Source: Candidatus Ozemobacteraceae bacterium (lineage in GTDB: Bacteria > Muiribacteriota > Ozemobacteria > Ozemobacterales > Ozemobacteraceae). From it: DNA of 64,000 nucleotides. Under the pieces are notes generated by a model, which did no database searches, had not been told where the DNA came from, and saw only the letters and a program-made list of their open reading frames with translations. This document shows, one piece after another, positions 37,355 through 47,902 of this stretch. The position numbers and the translations under genes were made by a program. Position 1 is the stretch's first letter. Every line of letters begins with the position of its first letter. The stretch is taken from NCBI GenBank assembly GCA_965140445.1, contig OZ223236.1, positions 512,001-576,000 of the forward strand, written 5' to 3'.

Positions 37355-39700
37355 GTGAGTGGATTATTATCTAAAAGCCAGACATTTAAACATGTGGTTG
37401 CCGTATTTATTCTGATGGCAGGCGCATCAGTTATGTTCTATTGGTTATTTCAAGCCTATGTGCTTGAGAAAGCAGAAGAGAATGTTAAGAATATTCTTCT
37501 TTCTCACAAGGGAATCCACCATTATGTACAAAATATAATGATTCCAGCTTATTCAAAATATCAAACAGATGGAGATATTAAGCCCGAGTTTTATGCTCCA
37601 GAGTTGCTTTCCTCATCTTATATAGTGAGAAATCAGCATAAATATTATAATGCAGAGCGAAAAATAGCCAGTTTAACCGAGACTTACTATAAATTAGCTG
37701 CAAAAAATCCAAGAAACCCAATTAATAAAGCGGACAAGCTTGAAGTTGAGCTCATAGAAAGATTTAATAAGAATTCAGAACTTAAATCCTACAAAGAAAT
37801 AATAGAGATTAATGGTAAGAAAGTTCTTTATGTAGCAATCCCTTTTCTTAAGAACGAAGACCGATGTATGAAGTGTCATGGGGACAGACAAAATGCCCCA
37901 ATCGAGCTTCAAGAAAGCTATCCAGGGCTTGGTGGATTTAATGAAAGAACCGGAGAAATCCGTGCTATTACATCTATTAGAGCTCCTCTGGAAGACGAGT
38001 ACTGGCATTTGTATGTAATTGGCTCAGCAATATTTGTGGGGTTCTTTGCCTTTTCCGGATTATTCTTTTTTAACGCCAGATTGCGTTCAATGGTTCAAAA
38101 GAGGACAGTTTCACTTGAAGAAGAAATTGTCGAAAGAAAAAATGCTGAGAAGATCACTGAAGAAAATCGTTCTATGCTCACACAAATACTGAATACCACG
38201 CCCCAATCAATTTTTTGGAAGGACAAAAATGGTGTGTATCTTGGCTGCAATAAGGTTTTTTCGACTGAATTGGGGATGGAGGAGCCGGGTGAAATTGTTG
38301 GCCTGACTGATTGGGATCTACCTTGGCCAAAAGAACATACAGAAGCTTATGTCGCTGATGACAAAGCTGTAATGACTTCTAATAAGCCCAGGTATAACAT
38401 TATTGAACCGCTGCAATTTACAGATGGAAAAAAGTTATGGATAGATACAACTAAAGTTCCATTAGTTAATAGCGAAGGCGAGGTTTATGGAATTCTTGGT
38501 GTTTTTGAAGACATTACTGATCGAATTTTGGCTGAAATGGAAAAAGAAGAGCTTGAAAAACGATTGCGTCAGTCCCAGAAAATGGAGTCTCTTGGAACCC
38601 TTGCCGGAGGGATTGCTCATGATTTTAATAATATTCTGGCCATAATTATGGGATATGCCGAATTAGCTGAAAATGAAGAAGATTCTGAGAAGCTGAAAGA
38701 AGATTTATCCCAGATTAAAAAAGGTGGAAAGAGAGCTATAGAACTGGTTAAGCAGATTCTTACTTTCAGTCGGCGAACAGAAAATTCTAAATTGCCGTTG
38801 CAGTTATCTGTGATTGTGAAAGAATCGTTAAAAATGCTGCGGGCTTCTATTCCAACAACAATTGATATCAAGCAAAACATAAAATCTTCTGGAATCATTT
38901 TAGCCGATCCGACACAAATAAATCAGGTTTTAATGAACCTCTGCATTAATGCATATCATGCTATGCGTGAAACTGGTGGGACTTTGTCAGTTAATCTTGA
39001 TGAGATCTTTATACATGCAGAGGATGAGGGTTTTGGCAAGTTACCATCAGGATCATATTTAAAATTAGAGGTTTCTGATACCGGATGTGGAATCAGCGCT
39101 GAGTATAAAGAAAGAATTTTTGAGCCGTATTTTACCACCAAAAAAACTGGAGAAGGGACTGGCTTGGGCCTGGCTGTTGTTCATGGGATTGTGAATAGCC
39201 ACCATGGAAGCATTTCTGTATACAGCGAAATTGGAAAAGGGACAAGTTTTCATGTCTACCTGCCACTGGTAGAAAGTAAACCAAGTATTGTTTCTGAAGA
39301 TTTGTTCATAGAAAGTTTGGAAGGACATGGTGAAAAAATTCTGGTGGTTGATGACGAGTCACAGATAACAGAAGTTGTAAAGCGTCATCTGGAAATTAGT
39401 GGTTATGAAGTTGTTACTAAGAATGATTCGACAGAGGCTTTAGAAGAATTTATGGCTAATTCAGAGTCATATCATTTAATAATTACAGACATGAATATGC
39501 CAAAAATGAATGGCGCAGAATTGGCGGAGAAAATTTTTGCAAAGTTTCCTAATATGCCTATTATTCTTTGCACGGGTCATAGTGATTTAATAAATAAAGA
39601 AAAGGCAGAAAAAATCGGGATCTGTGAATTTCTGAGAAAACCGGTTTTGCGAAATGATCTATTAACTGCGACAAAGAAATCTATTCTGCATAGCAAATGA
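37355..39700 (+). CDS. Hybrid histidine kinase: heme-c (DUF3365-like) sensor, PAS, HisKA, HATPase, REC
   Basis: CMKCH, PAS IFWKD, GGIAHDFNN, GTGLGL, LVVDDE...TDMNMP. Confidence 0.92.
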   Translation: MSGLLSKSQTFKHVVAVFILMAGASVMFYWLFQAYVLEKAEENVKNILLSHKGIHHYVQNIMIPAYSKYQTDGDIKPEFYAPELLSSSYIVRNQHKYYNAERKIASLTETYYKLAAKNPRNPINKADKLEVELIERFNKNSELKSYKEIIEINGKKVLYVAIPFLKNEDRCMKCHGDRQNAPIELQESYPGLGGFNERTGEIRAITSIRAPLEDEYWHLYVIGSAIFVGFFAFSGLFFFNARLRSMVQKRTVSLEEEIVERKNAEKITEENRSMLTQILNTTPQSIFWKDKNGVYLGCNKVFSTELGMEEPGEIVGLTDWDLPWPKEHTEAYVADDKAVMTSNKPRYNIIEPLQFTDGKKLWIDTTKVPLVNSEGEVYGILGVFEDITDRILAEMEKEELEKRLRQSQKMESLGTLAGGIAHDFNNILAIIMGYAELAENEEDSEKLKEDLSQIKKGGKRAIELVKQILTFSRRTENSKLPLQLSVIVKESLKMLRASIPTTIDIKQNIKSSGIILADPTQINQVLMNLCINAYHAMRETGGTLSVNLDEIFIHAEDEGFGKLPSGSYLKLEVSDTGCGISAEYKERIFEPYFTTKKTGEGTGLGLAVVHGIVNSHHGSISVYSEIGKGTSFHVYLPLVESKPSIVSEDLFIESLEGHGEKILVVDDESQITEVVKRHLEISGYEVVTKNDSTEALEEFMANSESYHLIITDMNMPKMNGAELAEKIFAKFPNMPIILCTGHSDLINKEKAEKIGICEFLRKPVLRNDLLTATKKSILHSK

Positions 39701-39864
39701 TTTGATTTTTTTAGTCTCAAGATTGTTTTAACTATTATTTTTGCAGGGAATCTTTTCCTGTTGTTAGTTAATTTCAGGTTAAATAACCAAAAAACTATTT
39801 TTGATTTATTTTTCTTCCTTGTTTTACCGATAAATTAACCACAGAGAGTAAACAAGGAGCAAAC

Positions 39865-40758
39865 ATGTCGGCAGATCTGCTTGAGCAGTTTCTGAACTAT
39901 CTCGCTATTGAAAAGGGATTAAGACCTAAATCCCTGGAAGCATATAGACGAGATCTTCAGGACTATCTAGATTTTTTAGAAGCCAGAAAAAGATCGGTTA
40001 TAGATTCATCCATAGGTGGAACTATAAGCCTGTTTATGGTCCATCTACACGATCGTGGCTTGTCTCCTCGTTCTCTTGCCAGAAAATCCTCTTCATTGAA
40101 AGGATTTTACAAGTTTTTAGTTAGAGAATCACACATCAGCGAGGACCCTACCAGTCTTCTCGAAAGACCAAAGGTAGGCAAGCCCCTTCCAAAAGTATTG
40201 AGCCCGGAAGAAATTGATCGAATACTTGAACAGCCAGATCCTGAAACTCATTTAGGATTAAGAGACAGGGCTATTCTTGAAATTCTTTATGCGACTGGGA
40301 TTCGCGAGTCAGAACTGATTGATCTTACTTTAACCAGTATAAACAATGCGGCAGAATTTATTTCTGTAATTGGCAAAGGTGGGAAGCAGCGTATTGTTCC
40401 AATCGGTCAATTCGCTATTGATGCTGTTAATAAATACCTTCTCCTTGGGAGACCAAAGCTGGTAAAAGATATAGGCGAAAGAACCATGTTTTTAAACCCA
40501 TATGGAAAAAAGATGTCTCGTATGGGCTTATGGAAAATTGTTAGAAAACATGCTGTTAGTGCTGGTATTAACTGGCCGGTTTCGCCACACGTATTTAGAC
40601 ATTCATGTGCAACGCATATGCTTGAAGGCGGGGCCAACATCCTTGCTGTGCAGGAAATGCTGGGGCATGTTGATATTTCCACGACACAAATTTACACACA
40701 CCTGACTGGAAAAGATTTAAAAAAGATTCATCAGCAGGCACACCCACGGGGTAGATAA
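39865..40758 (+). CDS. xerD: Site-specific tyrosine recombinase XerD
   Basis: LRDRAILEILYATGIRESEL, SPHVFRHSCATH, LGHVDISTTQIYTH, HPR. Confidence 0.9.
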   Translation: MSADLLEQFLNYLAIEKGLRPKSLEAYRRDLQDYLDFLEARKRSVIDSSIGGTISLFMVHLHDRGLSPRSLARKSSSLKGFYKFLVRESHISEDPTSLLERPKVGKPLPKVLSPEEIDRILEQPDPETHLGLRDRAILEILYATGIRESELIDLTLTSINNAAEFISVIGKGGKQRIVPIGQFAIDAVNKYLLLGRPKLVKDIGERTMFLNPYGKKMSRMGLWKIVRKHAVSAGINWPVSPHVFRHSCATHMLEGGANILAVQEMLGHVDISTTQIYTHLTGKDLKKIHQQAHPRGR

Positions 40759-43700
40759 ATGAACTTTAAGGCAAACAAAGGAATAGCTCGCATCGTTGTG
40801 TTGCGTGTTCTTTTGCTTTGCCTGTTTGTACAATTCAGTGGCGTTGATATGGTTTTTGCCGGCTCCATCAAAAAGGTTGTTTCTCCAAAAGCTGTTAAAG
40901 AAAAGTATTTTGATATCTCACCAGATGATGTGGCCGCCCCTGCTGAAAACAATCTTAAGATTTCAGAGTTTGATGTGGCCATGGAAGCTGCCAAAGAAGT
41001 AAAAACTGCCAACTTGCCTGATAATGGGCCATCTGCGGTAAAAATTGATCCTGCTATGCTTGCCAGGTTTGGTATGCCCAGCTCTTCTACCAAAGATTCG
41101 ACCCAGGAAAAATCTGCAATCACAATTAGCCCTGATGATGTTGCTGTTACTTCGGTGGCGGCCGTGGAGCCAGAAAAGATTCTTCCATACAATGATAAAG
41201 GGCCGGATCTTAAAAATAAAAGCACTGCCGGAAAAATCGCCGACTACGCAAGAAATTTCTGGTATGAAGATGATGAAGGCGAAGAAAAGCCTCGTATTTC
41301 AATTTCAGGAACCAAGAGCTTTGAAATGAAAAAAGCTGATGTATCTGGAGATATTGGTCACTTTTCAACAGAGAATTATGATTCAATGCCAGGGTTCCAT
41401 CTTGATCAAAGTCTGCATCTGGAAATTGATGGAAATATTACAGATAACTCAACAGTGCATGCCGTTCTGGATGATAAAGACGACGAGGACAGACGATTTA
41501 CAATTAATATTGATGGCCCTGTTTGGGATTTTATCATGGGGGATTTTCCTCTGGATTTTGATGGCACAGAATTTACTCTTTATCGCAAAGAAGTTAGAGG
41601 GGTTCTAGCTAAAGGCTCTTTCCACAAGAACTTTCAATCTGCATTTTTGTTTTCCCAATCTAAAGGGCTTTCTCGCCGCGAACAATTCAGAGGAGCAGGT
41701 CAGCAGCAGGAATTCCGGTTAGGTGGAAACCCTATTGTGCAAAATTCCGAAAAAGTCAGCATCGATGGCAAACCATTAACTCGCGGAACCGATTACTTTG
41801 TCGACTATGAAGATGGAATCATTAAATTTCTTCCCCACATGTTGCCAATTGAGTTAACCCGCTGGATTGTGGTGGAATACGAAGTAAATGATGACAGTAT
41901 GGCATTTAGCCGAAAGCTTTTTGGTACACGTCAGGTTTATACCCGTGATGAAAATCGACAGGTTGGTTTCAGCTGGCTTAGAGAAGTTGATGATACCACA
42001 CCAAAGTCGGCAGAAAATGCCTCTTCAACTGCAACTCCAATGCAGCACGATGTAATTGGAATGGACACTAAATGGCAGATTAACAAGAATTTAAAAATGG
42101 ACGCGGAAAGTTCCATTTCTCTGTATGATCCTAATATCAAAACGGAGCTAACTGCTGCTGATAAACGTCAGGTAGGACACGCAACCAAGGTTTCTCTTTT
42201 GTCGAAGACTGCAAGGACTGATGGAGAGCTTACTTTTAAACGCATTGATCATAAATTCAAAGTTGTGGGAAGAGAAAGTGGTGTAACCGAGTTGGGTGAA
42301 CGCGGCCTTGTAAATGATATTTTATCTGGAAAAGCCAGACTAACTTATAAAATTAATGAGGCTATGAGTGTTTTCGCTGATTCTGAGCGGTCTGAAACAA
42401 ATCTTTCGGACGATCCTGCTATCTCTACTATTGATTTTTCTGAAAATAATGCAGGCGCTGTATGGGCCTATAAGCCGGATTCCAGGATTGAGGTCAGGGC
42501 CGGGACTCAGCATGATCTCGAAAAGAGAACTGGTTATAAAGCAGACATCAATCGAGATGATGGAGCTGTTATCTGGGATTCCAGAATTGGAAACATAAAT
42601 ACTCAGGCTAAATTGCAACGCACTGCTTATATAGATAGACTAAATGCAGCCTCAGATTCTTCTGTGTTAGAGGCTAATTTGAGTCTTGGTTCTGAGGTTA
42701 GCAGCAAATTTTCGTGGAACGTTGGGGCTTCCAGAATTGCTGTTGACGATGAGCTGGTTCCAGATAATCTCCGTTCAGAAACACAAAACTACTCTATGGA
42801 CCTTAACTATGAGCCTAATAGAGTATTCACAGCACGAGGTGTTTTCCAATGGAGAAGGGCTGATGATTTTCTAGCTAATTCCAGAACTAATACTGAAATC
42901 GCTGATTCAAGGCTCAAGTATGAACCGACCCGTGATTTAAGAACTCAGTTTAAATACAAAGTTGAAAACACTTCAAAGGTCTTGAGAGATCCAAATCTTG
43001 ACCCTGAAAAATACATTTTGCCTCCAAGTCTTCCACAATCTGAGACCCAGAAGGAACAGATAATCGGAACCTTTGAAAACCCTGTTCAAAAAACTGATGC
43101 TAACTTTACAACTGATTATCAGATCAATAAGTATCTTCAAGCCTATTTTGACTGGCGAAATCGACAGCTTCGCGATCAGGCAACCAAGATCTCTGTTTCA
43201 TCAAACGATCGGCAGACTTTTGAATTACGCTATGTTCCTATGAAGAAAATGCTTGTAACAACCGAGTATGAAAGCGGAGTCAGTAAAAACTATGAACCAA
43301 AAACTGAGCTGAAAGATTCTTTAAAATCAATTCAGGTGCGCCATGAATTCTACGAAGGATGCATTCTTGATGCCACAGTTGAAGAGCGAGATGAAGATGA
43401 TGTTTTCATAAACGAAAATGATACAAATACCAAAAGCAAAATTCTTGAATTCCAGCGCGCATTTAATCGCTGGGCGACACTTGAATTGGGGCTCCAGCAC
43501 AATAAAATCGCTTCAAAATTGCCCAGCACCGAGTGGGAAAAGCGTATGGCGGTTATTCTGACTCCATTTTCAAGAAGTCAGCGCTACAAATTTTATATTA
43601 ACCATAAGGACATTTCTGCGGCTCAAAGCGGTAGTCATTACGAAGGTGGAATGAATTTTTCACAGTTTATTGGCACTGACACCATTATTGATGGGGAAAT

Positions 43701-43785
43701 TAAAAAAGTTCATTCTTCGCCAGGCATCGCTGGTAGCGGCTATGATGCCTTTGTCGTAAATGCCAAGATGGTTATTACTTTTTAG
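40759..43785 (+). CDS. Large outer-membrane beta-barrel protein
   Basis: Signal region, DYFVDYEDGIIKF motif, amphipathic beta strands, C-terminal Phe (MVITF). Confidence 0.6.
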   Translation: MNFKANKGIARIVVLRVLLLCLFVQFSGVDMVFAGSIKKVVSPKAVKEKYFDISPDDVAAPAENNLKISEFDVAMEAAKEVKTANLPDNGPSAVKIDPAMLARFGMPSSSTKDSTQEKSAITISPDDVAVTSVAAVEPEKILPYNDKGPDLKNKSTAGKIADYARNFWYEDDEGEEKPRISISGTKSFEMKKADVSGDIGHFSTENYDSMPGFHLDQSLHLEIDGNITDNSTVHAVLDDKDDEDRRFTINIDGPVWDFIMGDFPLDFDGTEFTLYRKEVRGVLAKGSFHKNFQSAFLFSQSKGLSRREQFRGAGQQQEFRLGGNPIVQNSEKVSIDGKPLTRGTDYFVDYEDGIIKFLPHMLPIELTRWIVVEYEVNDDSMAFSRKLFGTRQVYTRDENRQVGFSWLREVDDTTPKSAENASSTATPMQHDVIGMDTKWQINKNLKMDAESSISLYDPNIKTELTAADKRQVGHATKVSLLSKTARTDGELTFKRIDHKFKVVGRESGVTELGERGLVNDILSGKARLTYKINEAMSVFADSERSETNLSDDPAISTIDFSENNAGAVWAYKPDSRIEVRAGTQHDLEKRTGYKADINRDDGAVIWDSRIGNINTQAKLQRTAYIDRLNAASDSSVLEANLSLGSEVSSKFSWNVGASRIAVDDELVPDNLRSETQNYSMDLNYEPNRVFTARGVFQWRRADDFLANSRTNTEIADSRLKYEPTRDLRTQFKYKVENTSKVLRDPNLDPEKYILPPSLPQSETQKEQIIGTFENPVQKTDANFTTDYQINKYLQAYFDWRNRQLRDQATKISVSSNDRQTFELRYVPMKKMLVTTEYESGVSKNYEPKTELKDSLKSIQVRHEFYEGCILDATVEERDEDDVFINENDTNTKSKILEFQRAFNRWATLELGLQHNKIASKLPSTEWEKRMAVILTPFSRSQRYKFYINHKDISAAQSGSHYEGGMNFSQFIGTDTIIDGEIKKVHSSPGIAGSGYDAFVVNAKMVITF

Positions 43786-43882
43786 GTTCGCCTGTAATTC
43801 AATATGTTCTTACCCAGTATTGTTGTTATAAAGCAACGTTTTGGATTATGCTGGCAAAAATCAATTAAACGAGATAAAAGTC

Positions 43883-45202
43883 ATGGAATTTACAACTAAA
43901 CTAGCATTAGAGGGAGCTTACGCTCTTGGAATAGGGATCTTGATAGGTCTGGAACGTAGCGTATTTAATAAGCCTGAAGCAGAATTGGAATCAGAATCAC
44001 CTAAATTGCAGGATGATCCTTCCATTGAAGGAAGTGATTCCACCAGCGGTGTAAGAACCTATGCAACTTTTTCTCTGGTGGGGTTCATTGCGGCTTTGGC
44101 AAATGATCAGATCCCATTTGTTGCTCCTGTAATTTTAGCTGGTTTAGTTGCGCTTGTTCTAATGCTTTATAGGCATACTTTGAAAAAGAATCCTGGCATG
44201 ACAACTGAGGCTGCTGCAATCGGAACGGCTGCTCTCGGTGCTCTTTGCCATGGGCAGGCGCAAATCGCTGCTGTTTTTGCGGTAACTTTGACTGCAATCC
44301 TGAGCTCGAAGCATTTCACGCATGGCCTTATTCGCAAGATGCGTCGCGTAGAAGTAACAGATACGTTAAAGTTTCTTGTCATAATATTAATCGTTGTTCC
44401 ACTTTTGCCAAATAAGGCCTTAGACCCATATGGAGCTATTAACCTTTATAAAATAGGAATCTTGGTCGTTCTCATTTCTGGAATAAGCTTTGTTGGATAC
44501 TTCTTGACTCGAATGCTTGGAGCACAGAAGGGACTCGGCTTGACAGGACTTCTGGGAGGCCTGACCTCGTCTACGGCTGTAACTGTTGCCATGTCTAAAG
44601 AATCTAAAGAATCAGAAAACCTTAAATCCATTTGTGCTTTTTCAACCGTAATTGCTAATGCAACTTCGTTTTTTAGAGTTCTGATTATGGTGGTTATTCT
44701 TGATTTGTCACTTGCAAAGCAACTTGCATGGTCAATTGGTGGTATGGGGATTGTTGCGTGTATAGCTTCTCTCGGTTTATGGTTTTTAGCATCTAAAGAT
44801 CAGGCAACTGAAACAACTGAACGTGAAGGACAAGTTAAACTTAAAAACCCATTTTCGTTGGGGCCTGCCATTAACTTTGCTCTCTTTTTTGTCGCAATTA
44901 TTCTTGTTTCAAAGGTAGCCAGAAGCTATCTTGGTGATGCCGGTCTTTATCTGGCCGCAGCGTTTTCAGGTCTTGCAGATGTTGATGCAATAACTCTTTC
45001 TGTAGCTGAGCAGTGTAAAGATGGTGCACTTATTCGAAACGTCGGGGTATTTGCCATTACTATTGCTGTTGTTTCAAATGCCATAGTTAAAACCATAATT
45101 GCCATGACCACTGGAAGTAAAAGTTTCGGAAGAATGGTTGCTTTTTCCCTTGGATCAGCAGTTGTAGTTGGTCTGGCTCTAGCCTGGTTTATGCCTGGAT
45201 GA
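43883..45202 (+). CDS. MgtC/SapB family membrane protein (DUF4010)
   Basis: IGLER, GVRTY, GLTSSTAVT, SGLADVDAIT. Confidence 0.85.
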   Translation: MEFTTKLALEGAYALGIGILIGLERSVFNKPEAELESESPKLQDDPSIEGSDSTSGVRTYATFSLVGFIAALANDQIPFVAPVILAGLVALVLMLYRHTLKKNPGMTTEAAAIGTAALGALCHGQAQIAAVFAVTLTAILSSKHFTHGLIRKMRRVEVTDTLKFLVIILIVVPLLPNKALDPYGAINLYKIGILVVLISGISFVGYFLTRMLGAQKGLGLTGLLGGLTSSTAVTVAMSKESKESENLKSICAFSTVIANATSFFRVLIMVVILDLSLAKQLAWSIGGMGIVACIASLGLWFLASKDQATETTEREGQVKLKNPFSLGPAINFALFFVAIILVSKVARSYLGDAGLYLAAAFSGLADVDAITLSVAEQCKDGALIRNVGVFAITIAVVSNAIVKTIIAMTTGSKSFGRMVAFSLGSAVVVGLALAWFMPG

Positions 45203-45323
45203 TTGCTAAGTAACAAAATTGCCAGGAATTTTTTAAATTTTGATTATCTTTTTTTCCTGCCTGGGTTAATATTCAAATGAGCTACGTTTTGTGGTTCATA
45301 GATGTTTTTTCCAGGAGTTAATT

Positions 45324-45749
45324 ATGAAATTTAAATCGATAGTTCTAGCTTGTCTGCTTGTTTTTGGAATGTCTGCATTGTGGGCTGGGATGATGCCATC
45401 TGCTGAAGAAATGAAAGCACTTGATGCAAAAGTGGATGCAATTATGGAAGCATACAATAAAAGCGATTCAACTGCTTTTTATGCTGAATGGGCGACAGCT
45501 ATGGCTTCAATAGCCACACCACAGGTTTTTAAAATGCTGTATGTAGACGGCGCAATGAAAAATTATGGTGCTTATAAATCAAGAAAAATTATTGAAGCTG
45601 AAACTGTAATCGTTCCTAATGTGCCAAACGGTCTTTTGGTTTATGAAGCAGAGTTTGAAAAAAATGCAAAAATGAAACTAGCCATAAATCTTCTTAAAGA
45701 AGGCGATGTATGGAAATTTCAGCAGGTAACAATTCAACCGCTTCCTTAA
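45324..45749 (+). CDS. Exported hypothetical protein (DUF3887-like)
   Basis: AGGAG RBS, signal peptide, YGAY...YEAEFEK. Confidence 0.55.
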   Translation: MKFKSIVLACLLVFGMSALWAGMMPSAEEMKALDAKVDAIMEAYNKSDSTAFYAEWATAMASIATPQVFKMLYVDGAMKNYGAYKSRKIIEAETVIVPNVPNGLLVYEAEFEKNAKMKLAINLLKEGDVWKFQQVTIQPLP

Positions 45750-45763
45750 TTTCTCAGATTTGA

Positions 45764-45813
45764 TAAAAAAACTCCGCTAAGCCTATTATTATCTGGCTTA
45801 GCGGAGTTTTTTA
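45764..45813. terminator. Bidirectional terminator
   Basis: AAAAAAACTCCGCTAAGCC...GGCTTAGCGGAGTTTTTT. Confidence 0.85.
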
Positions 45814-45830
45814 TTACTGAAGTTTTGGGT

Positions 45831-46973
45831 CTAGAGTTTTTTGCTGTTCACCATGCGGTTAAATTCCATTATTTCATTATAATCAATCAATGCTGAGCCA
45901 GCGTTTGAAGGCCAGTATTTGAAAATTTGCTCCAGAATTCTATAGGCTTTGGAGGCATATTTTTTGAATGGCACATCTTTAACTATGGTTTTGCAATGGT
46001 TAGCCATATCTTTCATGTATTCCCTATAGTTTGGAAAACTTGCAGGGTAGCTCCAGTAGCGATAAATTTTATCAAACTTTTTAGTTACTTTTTCCCATAC
46101 AGTTGGCAAAAGACCAGGTATTTCATTTTCGGGTGGATAGCCTCTTTCAAGGGCTTCAATGTAATAAAGAAAAGCTTTGTCCAATAGACTTTTTCCATGA
46201 ACTTTTACGGTCACAGCATTTCCAAATTTATTCTTAAGGTTCTTTTCCAGAATATTTTCAAACTCATCCTTTGGTGAAAAACGTTTGTATTCGATGAGGG
46301 AAAGGTGTGATTGAAGTGCCAGATAGAAGGGGTTTTCAGGATGAACTTTTTCTAAGCGCTTAGTCCAGAGTTTTGCCTCTAAAAATTTATCTTCAAGTAG
46401 CCATCTGTGCAAAAGTTGAATCTTTGCTAAAAAAACTGATTTTGCAATATTTTCAGAATTTAGAACCAGCATATCGTCATAACTCTGAACCAGGTTTTTG
46501 TCGATCAAGCCTTTTAGATGCCTAACTTTTGAGGCAAGGTCTTCAAATTTATCAGAAGAGCCTTTTAGTTTGGATTCATCCAGGGATTTTTCCATGACAT
46601 TGAGTAGTGTTTTGAATGCAGGCAACCTGTTTTTTGGAAGACCCTCCACGTGGGTTACTATTGTTGTAAATTCCTGACGGAAAAGAGCGAAAACTTTCCT
46701 GATCATGTTAAGTCTTCTGGCCAGATAGGATTCAAAAGCAGAGTTTAGATCAACCAAATCCTGATTTTCAGGAAGATTTGTAAGTTTGTCATGTTCGATT
46801 TTTCTTACAATCTTTTCGTATTGTTCAAGATCACTAGTTTTAATCCTGAGAAACTTACTTTTTTTGGCTTTCAATTCTTCTGAAGTTTCATTAACTTCAA
46901 GATCTTTAATCGTTAATCCAAATAAGCCGCTACTAAGGCAAAGCATTAGCGCTAAAACAAAAATCTTTTTCAT
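45831..46973 (-). CDS. Exported helical hypothetical protein
   Basis: 380-aa ORF with RBS and signal peptide. Confidence 0.6.
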   Translation of the reverse strand: MKKIFVLALMLCLSSGLFGLTIKDLEVNETSEELKAKKSKFLRIKTSDLEQYEKIVRKIEHDKLTNLPENQDLVDLNSAFESYLARRLNMIRKVFALFRQEFTTIVTHVEGLPKNRLPAFKTLLNVMEKSLDESKLKGSSDKFEDLASKVRHLKGLIDKNLVQSYDDMLVLNSENIAKSVFLAKIQLLHRWLLEDKFLEAKLWTKRLEKVHPENPFYLALQSHLSLIEYKRFSPKDEFENILEKNLKNKFGNAVTVKVHGKSLLDKAFLYYIEALERGYPPENEIPGLLPTVWEKVTKKFDKIYRYWSYPASFPNYREYMKDMANHCKTIVKDVPFKKYASKAYRILEQIFKYWPSNAGSALIDYNEIMEFNRMVNSKKL

Positions 46974-47083
46974 CAGTATCTCCTGAACAATAAGGTATTT
47001 TTTTATTATACAGAATTATTGGTTCTAGACAAATCTTGAACATGTTGTTTAAGAATCCAGATTTTTTCCTTAGAATTCAGAGT

Positions 47084-47647
47084 ATGAATAATTTAATCAA
47101 GTGGAACAAAAAGTTTGCTGACCGACCCAACCAGTTGATGGAACCAGAACCTTTTCTTGTTGAGAATGTTGGAAATTTAAAACCAGGTTCTGTTTTGGAT
47201 ATTGCTTGTGGCGATGGCAGAAATGCAATTTATCTTGCCCGGGAAAAATTTGATGTAACTGGTGTGGACTTTTCAGATGAAGGTTTAAGTAGATTGAACC
47301 GGTTTGCATCAGATGAAGGATTAAAGATAAACACCATCCAACACGATCTGGAAGGTATAGATGAAATACCACTTTCTAATAAGTTCGATAACATAGTTGT
47401 CAGTCATTTTAAGTTGTCTGATGCTCTTCTGAGGAAAATACCCTATCTACTAAGCTCTAATGGGATGTTAATATACGTTGTTTTTAATGTTTCTACGATT
47501 GGTATCAGAGCTTTTCCAGAAGATTTTTGTATTCCTAAAGGATCGTTAAGAAATTATGATTGGCCTTTGAAGCTTCAGGTTTATAAAGAAATTTTCAGGC
47601 AAAACATCGGATATTTTGATGCATATGCTTTTAAATTAGAGAAGTAA
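47084..47647 (+). CDS. Class I SAM-dependent methyltransferase (TehB-like)
   Basis: VLDIACGDGRNAIYLA, VTGVDFS. Confidence 0.85.
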   Translation: MNNLIKWNKKFADRPNQLMEPEPFLVENVGNLKPGSVLDIACGDGRNAIYLAREKFDVTGVDFSDEGLSRLNRFASDEGLKINTIQHDLEGIDEIPLSNKFDNIVVSHFKLSDALLRKIPYLLSSNGMLIYVVFNVSTIGIRAFPEDFCIPKGSLRNYDWPLKLQVYKEIFRQNIGYFDAYAFKLEK

Positions 47648-47834
47648 AAGTAAGCTTAGAGTTTTTAGAGTTTGATAAATTGTTTGGATAAGATTTTAAA
47701 CTGCTGAGTTTTACTTTTTTGAATTCTTAAAAACAATCGAAACGAAAAGTCTTTAAAAAATTACGGCTTTTTTCAAAAAAAAAGAACTTTTTTGGGCTCT
47801 TAGACGCCCATTAGAAGGCAAAAAAACATGCTTT

Positions 47835-47896
47835 TAGAAAAAAAGATAAAAAAGTTTTAAAAAAGTATTGACAGATGTTTAAGTCGATGTTACAAT
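47835..47896 (+). promoter_or_regulatory. Near-consensus sigma70 promoter with A-tract UP-like region
   Basis: TTGACA (47868-47873)-N17-TACAAT (47891-47896), extended TGn at 47888-47890. Confidence 0.85.
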
Positions 47897-47902
47897 TACC
47901 AA

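Noticed and set aside
39865..40758. Phage or island integrase
   Set aside because: Sequence matches housekeeping XerD including the C-terminal HPR; no att sites, tRNA or mobile cargo seen.
45189..45215. Further ECF promoter copy (TGTTACTT on the minus strand)
   Set aside because: No TCGTA at the 14-nt spacing, and it points antisense into a gene.
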